From positions 1 through 64,000 of IMG/VR virus record IMGVR_UViG_3300030329_003201: a stretch of DNA of 64,000 bases; one strand, given 5' to 3'. Origin of the DNA: a virus. Shown here one piece after another: positions 16,621 through 25,022 of the stretch (the stretch's first letter is position 1; every line of letters begins with the position of its first letter). The position numbers and the translations under genes are program-made. Below the pieces are notes generated by a model. The model saw only the letters and a program-made list of their open reading frames with translations. It did no database searches and was not told the origin of the DNA.

Positions 16621-16622
16621 CC

Positions 16623-17456
16623 ATGCCGAGAACTAATGAGATCGAGAAGAAAGAAGCGACACCAATGGTCAAGTTCAAAGACCTTGTCGATAAAATGAAG
16701 CCAGAGTTGATGGAGGTACTTCCAAAGCACCTGACTTCTGAGCGAATGGCAAAGGTGTTGATGATTGAAGCACACAACACACCAGCATTGCTGGAGTGCT
16801 CGTTCAAATCCATTGCCCAATCAGTCATGCTTTCAGCACAGATCGGGCTTGAGCCAGGCGGAATGCTTGGGCACATGTACTTCATTCCATTCAATGACCG
16901 TAAGTCTGGCAGCAAGACCTGCACTCCAATCATTGGGTACAAAGGGATGCTTGAGCTTGCCCGGCGTAGTGGCCAGGTCAAATGGCTTGATGCTCGCGTT
17001 GTTTACAAAGGAGAACCCTTTGGTGTGACTGCGGGTCTTCAGCCGGACATTACTCACGAGGTTCGTGGTGAGGTTGACCGAAATGATAAGAATGTTGTAG
17101 CTGCCTACGCTGTTGTAGTTCTTAAAGACGGCGGCCAATACTTTGAAGTGCTGTGGAAGAACGACATTGATCGTATCAAGAAGCGCTCACGCGGTGGCCG
17201 TAGTGGACCGTGGATTGACGACTACGCCAGGATGGCACGCAAGAGCGCCATTCGTGCATTGTTCAATGGTGGAGCGGTCCCAATGTCTGTTGAAATGGCG
17301 ACAGCTATTGAAATCGACGGAGACAACCCGCACTACAACACTGACGTTATCGAGGCCACTGTTTCGAACAGCGGCTCACCAACAACGGCTAGCGCATCAG
17401 ATGGAATGGACGGCCTTCGAGCAGTCCTTGTCAATGACGACGTAGCAGAAAGCTAA
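16623..17456 (+). CDS. recT: RecT-family single-strand annealing recombinase
   Basis: LPKHLT.ERM, GLEPG..LG..Y.IPF, IIGYKG.LELARRSG, PW..DY..MARKS.IR. Confidence 0.95.
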   Translation: MPRTNEIEKKEATPMVKFKDLVDKMKPELMEVLPKHLTSERMAKVLMIEAHNTPALLECSFKSIAQSVMLSAQIGLEPGGMLGHMYFIPFNDRKSGSKTCTPIIGYKGMLELARRSGQVKWLDARVVYKGEPFGVTAGLQPDITHEVRGEVDRNDKNVVAAYAVVVLKDGGQYFEVLWKNDIDRIKKRSRGGRSGPWIDDYARMARKSAIRALFNGGAVPMSVEMATAIEIDGDNPHYNTDVIEATVSNSGSPTTASASDGMDGLRAVLVNDDVAES

Positions 17457-17689
17457 GCGGACTCACCTTCGCCACCTGGAGCGGCTTCATCTTCGGATGG
17501 GGCCGCTTCTTCTTTTGGTGCTGGTGCTTCTTCTGCTGGTGCTTCTTCTGCGGGAACCTCTTCTTCCGCTGCTTCTTCACCGGAGTCCATAAGGTGGCAT
17601 GTGCCCAAGCTAGTGGAAATCACCACCACACCGCCAATCAAAGCGACCTTGAGATTCAGTTTCTTCCACAGTTCCTTCAGCTTTTCCAT
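17453..17689 (-). CDS. small membrane protein or lipoprotein with acidic Ala/Pro tail (possible spanin or lysis accessory)
   Basis: Basic N-terminus, hydrophobic stretch, SLGTC, low-complexity tail; follows the endolysin. Confidence 0.55.
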   Translation of the reverse strand: MEKLKELWKKLNLKVALIGGVVVISTSLGTCHLMDSGEEAAEEEVPAEEAPAEEAPAPKEEAAPSEDEAAPGGEGESA

Positions 17690-17697
17690 TCTATCTC

Positions 17698-18504
17698 CTA
17701 AGAAAGATCGTCCTCGGTGATCAATGTATAAGTAAACACCTCAGCCTTGGACGCTTTCCAGATCTTAACTGCTTCTTCCCAGTCCGCTAATCGTGCAAAA
17801 ACCTGGCACCCTGCGGACCACTTATCTACTCGCGTAGAGTTAGCTCCTGCGTGATGCAAATTACAGCCGTACCACCCCTCGGTTCCGAGGTCATCTTCGT
17901 GTCCAAAATCAAGTATATTATCGCGGTTTCCATCACGCCATACGCGGATGGTCGAGGCTCTTTGGCATAGCGTTTCGTATTTTCCCCGATGCATGTCCCA
18001 TTTGTAAGCACGATATTGGCCGGGAACCATGATCGCTGTCCCAGCCGCACGCCCGTAAACCTCAGGGTGTTCTAAGCAGTAAGTCCCTGGGTCTGTAGTG
18101 ATACGATACTTCTTGTGCTGCCACAGTCCGTTGTTTACCCAAACCAAGTGCATCTCATCGTCAAAGCTATTGGAGATGGGGTTGTTTGAGCGGACACCAA
18201 TGATGTTGATCTGTCCATCAGTGTACACGTCATAGTCTTTGGCCTTCAGAACGCCAATGATAGATGGCGGCTCATCCGAAACCTCGGGCTGCTTTGGCTC
18301 CTCCTGGTCCCTGAGAGCCTTCAAGGTGTTCGGCCCAACGATTCCATCAACACCGAGTCCAGCAGCAGCCTGGAAGCGCTTTACGGCCTTCTCTGTGCCG
18401 CGCCCAAAGATCCCATCAACTCCAATCTGTCCGTAGCCTTTGTCATTCAAAAGCTTCTGGACTTCTTTTACGTCACTGCCTCTACTTCCGTTTCGAAGGA
18501 GCAT
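17698..18504 (-). CDS. endolysin: peptidoglycan-binding domain plus L,D-transpeptidase-like (His/Cys) domain
   Basis: LRNGSRGSDVKEVQ..L...DGIFG..TEKAVKRFQ...GL.VDGIVGPNT; catalytic-like NLHHAG...WSAGCQVF; likely start 18504. Confidence 0.8.
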   Translation of the reverse strand: MLLRNGSRGSDVKEVQKLLNDKGYGQIGVDGIFGRGTEKAVKRFQAAAGLGVDGIVGPNTLKALRDQEEPKQPEVSDEPPSIIGVLKAKDYDVYTDGQINIIGVRSNNPISNSFDDEMHLVWVNNGLWQHKKYRITTDPGTYCLEHPEVYGRAAGTAIMVPGQYRAYKWDMHRGKYETLCQRASTIRVWRDGNRDNILDFGHEDDLGTEGWYGCNLHHAGANSTRVDKWSAGCQVFARLADWEEAVKIWKASKAEVFTYTLITEDDLS

Positions 18505-18669
18505 GTGGTGCCTCCAGTAAAGGCAGAGATGAAAATGATCTCTTCGGGGTGGGGTCCTGAACCGGAGGCTTTCTTGTCTTAACACTGGTTCGGACAACAG
18601 TCACAGAGGACTTCTTTACTTTTTTTACTTCCATCGAACGATGACGAAAAGAATGAGTCTTAGAAGTTT

Positions 18670-19068
18670 TCATGTGGAAATAAGAATCTTATAGGAAGCG
18701 GAAGCGCCTGGTGCGGTGCTAGCTGCTACAGATCCTGACGCAGCGCCAGCGGTTGTAACGCAAACAGCTTTTAGTCCGGCCCCGTATGATGTTCCTGTTG
18801 GGCTTGAGTATGTACGAGCAACATTAGCTGGACACATGAACACCCACTCCGGTTGAGTTGGGCTGTCCGTACCAATCGTAACGCTTCCAGTCGTATCAAA
18901 CAGCTTTACATACACAGCAACATCGTTCGCAGTGTTGTCGATCTCTACCTTGTAGAGCGTGCCGCTTGAGCCGTCTAGTGTTTCTACGTTGTGGTCAGGA
19001 TCAAGGTTTACACAATGAAACGAACCTACGTTTGCAACGACACCTGTTTTTACTAAAGCAGAAGCCAT
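18670..19068 (-). CDS. putative virion accessory protein
   Basis: Beta-rich; VYVKLFD...VTIGT; paralog of the next ORF. Confidence 0.7.
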   Translation of the reverse strand: MASALVKTGVVANVGSFHCVNLDPDHNVETLDGSSGTLYKVEIDNTANDVAVYVKLFDTTGSVTIGTDSPTQPEWVFMCPANVARTYSSPTGTSYGAGLKAVCVTTAGAASGSVAASTAPGASASYKILIST

Positions 19069-19070
19069 AC

Positions 19071-19448
19071 TTACCTCACTACCATGTCAATCTTTACACC
19101 AGCGCCACTGTCAGGAGCGGCTGTGCCTGTCGTTCCTGAACTGTCTTCTGCTGCATAAGTCATATTTGTCAAAGAAAGCCCATCAACAATGGTCCAATAG
19201 GTGTGGCCATTATTGGTGCTTGTTCCGTCTGCTTTTAGAATGATGTCAGGATCTGTGGTTCCAACTGTTGCAGTTGTGGCATTGTAGATCTTGACGTAAG
19301 CAGGGTTTGAATGATTATGAAAAAAATGCATAGAGTAAATCGTGACAGAGCCGCCAAACACATCAGTTTCAGCGGCTTCCGTAGCGCCAGTATCTATGAA
19401 TAGATAATCGGTTTCCGTGATGGAATATTTACCTGTAGTAATTCCCAT
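19071..19448 (-). CDS. putative virion accessory protein
   Basis: AYVKIYN...TVGTTDPD. Confidence 0.7.
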   Translation of the reverse strand: MGITTGKYSITETDYLFIDTGATEAAETDVFGGSVTIYSMHFFHNHSNPAYVKIYNATTATVGTTDPDIILKADGTSTNNGHTYWTIVDGLSLTNMTYAAEDSSGTTGTAAPDSGAGVKIDMVVR

Positions 19449-20087
19449 TTATCCGTTCCTCCCAGAAGGAGCCGGTGGATTCGCAGGCTGATTTACGGGA
19501 GGGGCAGCCTGTGGCTTTTCTGCGATTGCTTGTTGAACAATATCAAGACAGCGCTTCAAGCCCTCTGGCATCCCGTCATCACGAGCAAGCACCTTCACAT
19601 TGTATTTAGCTGAGTTGTCCGAAGATCGAGTGTTCTCGCTGTGCGATGCAACCGACCCATGAATCTTCACATCAACGCTTACGGGACCCCATCCGGCTTT
19701 GATTTCAGTATCAATCGTAGCCTCGTAGTCGCGGCTCGCTTTTTCTGAGGTACTTGACTTCACTTCCATCGTGAACTCAACCTCAACCTCTTTTACAGCC
19801 AACGACGGGGTGTTCAGGATGGCCAAAAGCGGAACGTCGAGTTTATTCTCAACCTCAGTGTATCCGCCCTGTCCGTCATTAACCGGCTTGGTGTACACAA
19901 AGTCCACCGTTCTGGTTTTCATGATTCCGTTTGCGTCTGCTTCAAGTCCAACATTCTGGATAAAGTCGGCAGTTGCTTTGGCAAGCTGCACTTGGGAATC
20001 ACAAGCCGCCTTTAGTGGGCCACCGATCAGTTGATCCATTGGCAATCCGCCAAACTGATCTGACATTTTAACTAGGCCATCGGCCAT
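19449..20087 (-). CDS. DUF2589-like protein (long type)
   Basis: LPM.QLIGGPL.AA..SQ..LA.AT.DFI..VG, VPLLAI...PSLAV.EV.VEF.MEVK, RSSDNSAKY.V.V.A....PEGL.R.LD. Confidence 0.8.
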   Translation of the reverse strand: MADGLVKMSDQFGGLPMDQLIGGPLKAACDSQVQLAKATADFIQNVGLEADANGIMKTRTVDFVYTKPVNDGQGGYTEVENKLDVPLLAILNTPSLAVKEVEVEFTMEVKSSTSEKASRDYEATIDTEIKAGWGPVSVDVKIHGSVASHSENTRSSDNSAKYNVKVLARDDGMPEGLKRCLDIVQQAIAEKPQAAPPVNQPANPPAPSGRNG

Positions 20088-20096
20088 GACGAACTC

Positions 20097-20585
20097 CTAT
20101 GGAAGCAATTTAATAAGTTGATTGTCAATCCGAGCATAACCTTCGGGTGGCTCTTGCCCCTTGAAAGTTATTGAGATCTTAGCAGTATTACGTTTTTTCG
20201 CAAACCATCCATTTCCACCAACAGTTGGATTTATTTTTAGCTTGCGGTGAGTGCATCCCACATCGGCCCCATCTTCCATTCCCTGGAGTTCTACATCCAT
20301 TTCAACAGTCAGGGCTTCGATAGCGAGCGACTGCCCGGTAACGAGTGTTTGCATGGGAACTTGGATGTCTTTCTCAGTCTGTTTGCCATCCTCCCACATA
20401 GGCAGACGAACCGTTACCATCCGAGGCTTGTAAACAGGAGTGCCATCAAGTGCCTTGTCTCCAGTATCAATCCAGTATTCCTGTTGTCGGATGTGATTCA
20501 GTTCATGCTGTTCAGCAATGTCTGTAGACTTTACTACTGCTTCTTGAATTGCCCCGACAAACTCATCCAGCGAGAAGTGCGCCAT
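20097..20585 (-). CDS. DUF2589-like protein (short type)
   Basis: L.EFV.AIQEAV, VP..TLV...SLAI..L.VEM.V.L, I.ITFK...PPEG.ARI. Confidence 0.7.
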   Translation of the reverse strand: MAHFSLDEFVGAIQEAVVKSTDIAEQHELNHIRQQEYWIDTGDKALDGTPVYKPRMVTVRLPMWEDGKQTEKDIQVPMQTLVTGQSLAIEALTVEMDVELQGMEDGADVGCTHRKLKINPTVGGNGWFAKKRNTAKISITFKGQEPPEGYARIDNQLIKLLP

Positions 20586-20744
20586 CTATTTTCCTCGTGC
20601 CTTGAACCCTGCCATATAAGCCTCGTACATGTACAGAACAAGGCCAGGGCTAATAAAGGGACTTATCTTATCGTCCTTCATCTCCGCGTATTGCATCTTC
20701 AAAAGCCAGCTTACAAAAGGCTTGTGGTACTGCCATTTTATCAA
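20586..20744 (-). CDS. small hypothetical protein (not in ORF track)
   Basis: TTG start overlapping the upstream stop; MIKWQYHKPFVSWLLKMQY...MYEAYMAGFKARGK exactly fills the gap. Confidence 0.5.
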   Translation of the reverse strand: MIKWQYHKPFVSWLLKMQYAEMKDDKISPFISPGLVLYMYEAYMAGFKARGK

Positions 20745-21118
20745 GCGGAAATCCTGTTCACATATCCAACAAGATTGACTTTACTAGCAGTCCCTGCGCT
20801 TGCCGTTACTCTGCGTAAAACACTACCTGTTCCACGAACAGGTAGCCCTGCTACCAATAAAGACAATCCAGATTTTGCTGGGACTGTGACTATGATTTTG
20901 TGTGAATCTGAAAAACCGTCAGCCACAATATAGCCAAAAGCAATTACCACTTCGATATCAGACGTGTGTACGTTCGTTGCCCACAACCAAACTTCATCTT
21001 TAACAGTTGCGGATGTGCCTGTGTCATGAACCTGAGTTGCGCTTGTGCCCAATACAATAGGGTTTCCGTCACCCTCGCTTCCACCTGGCGATAGATTTAA
21101 CTTTGTATAGGTTGCCAA
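20741..21118 (-). CDS. conserved virion accessory protein
   Basis: DEVWLWATN...GL.L.V.GLP...VNL.GYVNRI; paralog of 23031-23384. Confidence 0.75.
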   Translation of the reverse strand: MATYTKLNLSPGGSEGDGNPIVLGTSATQVHDTGTSATVKDEVWLWATNVHTSDIEVVIAFGYIVADGFSDSHKIIVTVPAKSGLSLLVAGLPVRGTGSVLRRVTASAGTASKVNLVGYVNRISA

Positions 21119-21127
21119 ATCAACCTC

Positions 21128-21391
21128 CTATTGCTGTTGGCATTGAGACAATAACCCAGAAATCATACCAATACTGGACACCATTGACTCGTGAGCTTTC
21201 TTTAGCTCTTCTATTTCTTTCTCTGCCTGATGAAGAGCAAAGTTTGGGTCGGGGCATTCCTTCTCTTCGCTATGAGAACTATGAGTAAGCTCAAGACCCC
21301 CAACACCTATTGCAGAGCCGCCAGCAAGATAGACGAGTATCCAGCCCCACGGAGGCATGTTGGAAAAGGGATTGGTCGAGCCTTCACTCAC
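21128..21391 (-). CDS. TM plus coiled-coil protein (lysis-related candidate)
   Basis: N-terminal hydrophobic helix followed by a heptad region. Confidence 0.55.
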   Translation of the reverse strand: MSEGSTNPFSNMPPWGWILVYLAGGSAIGVGGLELTHSSHSEEKECPDPNFALHQAEKEIEELKKAHESMVSSIGMISGLLSQCQQQ

Positions 21392-21545
21392 GTTCCTTCT
21401 TTAGCACCCGCTCAAAAAGCTCTTCATACTTTCGGGTCATCATCGTGAGGGCTTTGCCCTGTCGTCGATTTGTGTTGATGAGGTACGCAATGAAGCCGCA
21501 AGTCATGCCTAAATCCAGGTAGCTCGCTACTACACTTGCCTCCAC
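21384..21545 (-). CDS. small holin-like protein (not in ORF track)
   Basis: MEASVVASYLDLGMTCGFIAYLINTNRRQ...: single TM then a charged tail, a BhlA-like architecture. Confidence 0.5.
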   Translation of the reverse strand: MEASVVASYLDLGMTCGFIAYLINTNRRQGKALTMMTRKYEELFERVLKKERE

Positions 21546-21546
21546 A

Positions 21547-21738
21547 TCAACCTTCCATAAGGATCGCGATGCATTGCATGATCACCACTGTCGCAAGGAT
21601 CAGCCCTTGTGCCTTGTGGATCTCTTTCTTGATGCCTTGAATGTCTTCTCGAATAGCTGACACCTCAGCCTCCGTAGTGTCAACGCGCTGACCAAGGACT
21701 GCTACATCAGTTTCGAGTTTTCGTACACGTTGCTCCAT
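21547..21738 (-). CDS. XhlA-like coiled-coil protein with C-terminal TM
   Basis: MEQRVRKLETDVAVL... heptads and a hydrophobic C-terminus. Confidence 0.6.
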   Translation of the reverse strand: MEQRVRKLETDVAVLGQRVDTTEAEVSAIREDIQGIKKEIHKAQGLILATVVIMQCIAILMEG

Positions 21739-21741
21739 TCA

Positions 21742-22029
21742 CTAGCCCCCAATGCTACCGCGTAAATACCACAGTTTTTCGTTAGCGGTAGCGCCTGTGA
21801 AGCTTGAGACTTCATCTTGCATGCAGGCAAGAAAGATTTCATCAGGAGTTACATCGGTAATTTGAAGCGCCCTATTGGCAGTACATTCGACTAAAGCATA
21901 GTTAGAATAAGAAGAACTTTTAGACGTAGAGCCCATGTCCACGCCCCACAATTCCCCAGCCTCTACGGCTTCGACTATATCGTCGGCTGCGCTGGTGCTG
22001 CTCGTCTCAAACAAACATATTGAAGCCAT
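21742..22029 (-). CDS. hypothetical protein
   Basis: 95-aa ORF in the late operon with GGAG RBS. Confidence 0.65.
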   Translation of the reverse strand: MASICLFETSSTSAADDIVEAVEAGELWGVDMGSTSKSSSYSNYALVECTANRALQITDVTPDEIFLACMQDEVSSFTGATANEKLWYLRGSIGG

Positions 22030-22032
22030 GAA

Positions 22033-23031
22033 CTACTCCAGTGCGGCGCGTGCGGCAAGAGGCTGAAGCAAATACCTAAGCTTCTTGATGCGGATAACAC
22101 CGCCCTTCTTTCCATTAACATCGAAACCAAACCAGCATGCCAAATACAGGTGCTTACCTCCAAACCTACATGCGTTGTTTGTGGTCGAGGTGGACGCGAC
22201 CATTGGCCCAAATGGTGTAGTTGTAGAATAAGAACCAGATAACATCTGCTCATTGTAAGAACCGATGGGGTGCGCGGTCATATTTGTTGAGAGTCCGGCT
22301 TGGAACACAATAGCATCATGGGAGGTTGCGTCTCCACCCGGCTGGTTTCGCCAGATACGCCCACCCTGCGGACCTTTCCCATGACGGGTAAAAAGTCCTG
22401 ACTTGTACAAGTCTAACTTCTGAGTAGCGTTGCTAAAGTTGTTAGGATCGTTAGCGCGATTCTTTGTCACATACGCACCAGCGTAGTTGCCAGAGCCGGG
22501 TAGAGGAGGATCTGTGCCCTGATCAGAATCATAGGCGATGATACCGCAAGCAGCGTGGACCTGATGTCCGTAAGCTTGATCAGATGTTCCATTGATCGGC
22601 CCGTTTGTGTGGTCGAACTGCATCTCCATTTTAAAAAGGGTGCTCTCACTTTGGTAGCTATTCGCCGCTTGACCCGCAGGAGTCGCCTGGTTTGCCCAGG
22701 GAGCAAACTTTACCTTCTTAATAAACCACAAGCCACCCTGTGTGGTGGTGATGTTCCTACAGTTGTACCCGCTGCCAATATCAGGGAAGGTGACGTGTAG
22801 TTGATCACCCGACATCGCCGCCGTTACGTTAATATCACCGATGCCAGATCCCTCGATTTTCTTCCAATCAGAGTCATCTATCATCTTGGTGAGATCAAAG
22901 TCCACCCAATCCTTCCAAGCGTTCCCGCCGCCAGAAGAAGGGGTTTTGGGGCCACGTCTTGGAATAAAGGTGGGGATCCGACTAACCCTTGGGGCGTATA
23001 ACCCAACATCAAATCGGCTACGCCTACTCAT
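22033..23031 (-). CDS. putative receptor-binding or lectin-like virion protein
   Basis: 332 aa, Gly/Asn-rich beta composition; coupled to 23031-23384. Confidence 0.55.
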   Translation of the reverse strand: MSRRSRFDVGLYAPRVSRIPTFIPRRGPKTPSSGGGNAWKDWVDFDLTKMIDDSDWKKIEGSGIGDINVTAAMSGDQLHVTFPDIGSGYNCRNITTTQGGLWFIKKVKFAPWANQATPAGQAANSYQSESTLFKMEMQFDHTNGPINGTSDQAYGHQVHAACGIIAYDSDQGTDPPLPGSGNYAGAYVTKNRANDPNNFSNATQKLDLYKSGLFTRHGKGPQGGRIWRNQPGGDATSHDAIVFQAGLSTNMTAHPIGSYNEQMLSGSYSTTTPFGPMVASTSTTNNACRFGGKHLYLACWFGFDVNGKKGGVIRIKKLRYLLQPLAARAALE

Positions 23032-23384
23032 CAGATGTCCATCCTGTTTACGAATCCAAAGATGTTGATCACGTTCGCTTGGGCCGCAAACGCCTTGACA
23101 TAAAGGCCGTTCCGAAGTGGGATGCCCGGTGCAATCTGCACAAGACCGGCGTCCTCAGTGATATCAATGACAATCAAATCGTCAGCGGCTGTATCGCCCC
23201 ACTCAATGGTTAGCTCAACTGCACCAGAATGCTGGTTGGCGCACCACAACCAGATTTCATCAATGTCGGTTGCATCGTTTACTGCCTGGTGGATGGTAAC
23301 AGCAGCACCACTAGTGGTGCCCGTAACCTTGATTCCTCTGCCATGGGTGCTTCCGCTAAGAAGCTGCTTACTAATTGTAGCCAT
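23031..23384 (-). CDS. conserved virion accessory protein
   Basis: K.LLSGST.GRGI...DEIWLWCAN...GL..I.PG..L...INIFGFVNR. Confidence 0.75.
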   Translation of the reverse strand: MATISKQLLSGSTHGRGIKVTGTTSGAAVTIHQAVNDATDIDEIWLWCANQHSGAVELTIEWGDTAADDLIVIDITEDAGLVQIAPGIPLRNGLYVKAFAAQANVINIFGFVNRMDI

Positions 23385-23393
23385 TGCGTGATC

Positions 23394-24557
23394 CTATGTA
23401 AAAACTTGCATGTGGAGAACGTGATTGAGGTCGGACCCTAAATCCGTCCAATCCAATGTCGCCTCGTTGCTCGAAACTGTTGACTGAAGAACTTTCCCGG
23501 TGGCCCCAACTGTAGCGGGAAGAATGATTTTGAAGTTCGAACCAATGTTTGCTGCTGCTAGAATCTGAACAAAGTTGGTGCCGTTATCAGAGTCTTCATT
23601 CAAAAGAAGGCTTGCCGCCGATGCTGTTGACCCGTAAACCCGAAGGCCGCCCGTGCCTTTTGGTTTCATTGAAATCGTAATGTTGGCCGAGTCACCAAGA
23701 GCGCTAATCGACGGAGCGCTTCCGTCTGCGGCGTTTTCAATCTCAACGTAGTTGACGGCACTCCCAACTTCACAGAACTTCAAAAGTTTAGCGTTATTGC
23801 TGTCAACAATAGCCTTACCATCAGCCATTTCAATGTCGCCAGGAACGACAATGTCACCATCTTCCTCAATGGTAAACACGGTAGCCAAGCTGTTGGCGCT
23901 ACTGCCGGAAGCACCGGGTGCGGAACTTTTGAAGACAATAGATCCACCAGCGGCGTTTCCTGTGCTCTGCCCACCACTAATCGTCAGGCTCCTACCGGCA
24001 GTGTTGGTGCCAGAAACAGCAGCAATAGACATGGTAGCGTTTTGGCCGTTTGAATACTGAAGATCACCGCCGTTTACAGTGAGGTCACCATCAACCTGAG
24101 TGTTCCCAGATCCGTCAAACGAGATGCCCGCAGACCCACCGTTGTCTACGATGTTGTTGCCGGAGACTCTAAGGTCGCCAGCAAACACAACATTCTGAGC
24201 CTCATTGACTGTAATGGCGGCAACAAGACTGGACCCTGTATGCGTAGACAGGATCATCTTGCCTTTGGTGTCGTCAGAAGAGCCGCTATGGCTTACCTCA
24301 ATCTGTCCAAGCGCAACATCGGCGTGGTCTTCAAAGATCAGCTTCGATTCACAGCCACCATCTGTGTTCTCGGATGTTGAGTTCTTCAGAGTGACATACG
24401 GAGCATTGTCTTCAACCTGTAGCTTTGTCCCAGGAGAGGCCGTACCAATACCAACACGATCATTGGTTTCATCAACTACAACGGTTGGGCTATCGACCTC
24501 AAGGTCGGTAAGGATCTGTGATCCCCCACTGCTGTTGAACGCACTATTGAATCCCAT
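23394..24557 (-). CDS. tail fibre-like protein
   Basis: NDRVGIGTASP, GDL.V.G repeats, Gly/Ser/Thr rich. Confidence 0.75.
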   Translation of the reverse strand: MGFNSAFNSSGGSQILTDLEVDSPTVVVDETNDRVGIGTASPGTKLQVEDNAPYVTLKNSTSENTDGGCESKLIFEDHADVALGQIEVSHSGSSDDTKGKMILSTHTGSSLVAAITVNEAQNVVFAGDLRVSGNNIVDNGGSAGISFDGSGNTQVDGDLTVNGGDLQYSNGQNATMSIAAVSGTNTAGRSLTISGGQSTGNAAGGSIVFKSSAPGASGSSANSLATVFTIEEDGDIVVPGDIEMADGKAIVDSNNAKLLKFCEVGSAVNYVEIENAADGSAPSISALGDSANITISMKPKGTGGLRVYGSTASAASLLLNEDSDNGTNFVQILAAANIGSNFKIILPATVGATGKVLQSTVSSNEATLDWTDLGSDLNHVLHMQVFT

Positions 24558-24565
24558 GCTACCCC

Positions 24566-24997
24566 CTAGTTGCCCGCTTTCGAATCAGCCCAATGCAGCC
24601 TCGCTGTGGCCACCTCTGGGCTTCCTGTTGCATTATCAACGATAACCCAAAGGTAGCACTTCCCGGCAGTTGTCTGCGCGGTAGGCGCAGTCACTACAGC
24701 ATCCAGCGCAATCGAGACATGCTTGAGGTTACTTGTGCTTCCAGACTGAAGCTTCTGACCTGTAGCCTCACCAGTCATCGGATGATCCCTGCCGCTGTCC
24801 CAAGTCAAAAAACAAGAGACAGTCGAGGCACCAGTTGCATTTGTAAGCGAAATATCAACATGTGACAGGTAACAAGCTTGCGGCATTGCCTTCGACTTAG
24901 CGTCAACGGTGGCGTCTTCGTGAAGAAGAACGCCGTTTCCGTAGGTAGTCACGATTTCAGTTGTAGCGTTGTCGTTGCAAATGAAGCCCTGCATCAC
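24566..24997 (-). CDS. putative virion protein
   Basis: 143 aa, beta-rich; AGGAGG RBS. Confidence 0.65.
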   Translation of the reverse strand: MMQGFICNDNATTEIVTTYGNGVLLHEDATVDAKSKAMPQACYLSHVDISLTNATGASTVSCFLTWDSGRDHPMTGEATGQKLQSGSTSNLKHVSIALDAVVTAPTAQTTAGKCYLWVIVDNATGSPEVATARLHWADSKAGN

Positions 24998-25022
24998 GGC
25001 CTCCTATTTAGAGGGTGATGAA

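Noticed and set aside
18482-18673. 63-aa basic ORF upstream of the endolysin
   Set aside because: ATGA-coupled and possibly real, but it overlaps the endolysin start and has no supporting motif; left uncalled.
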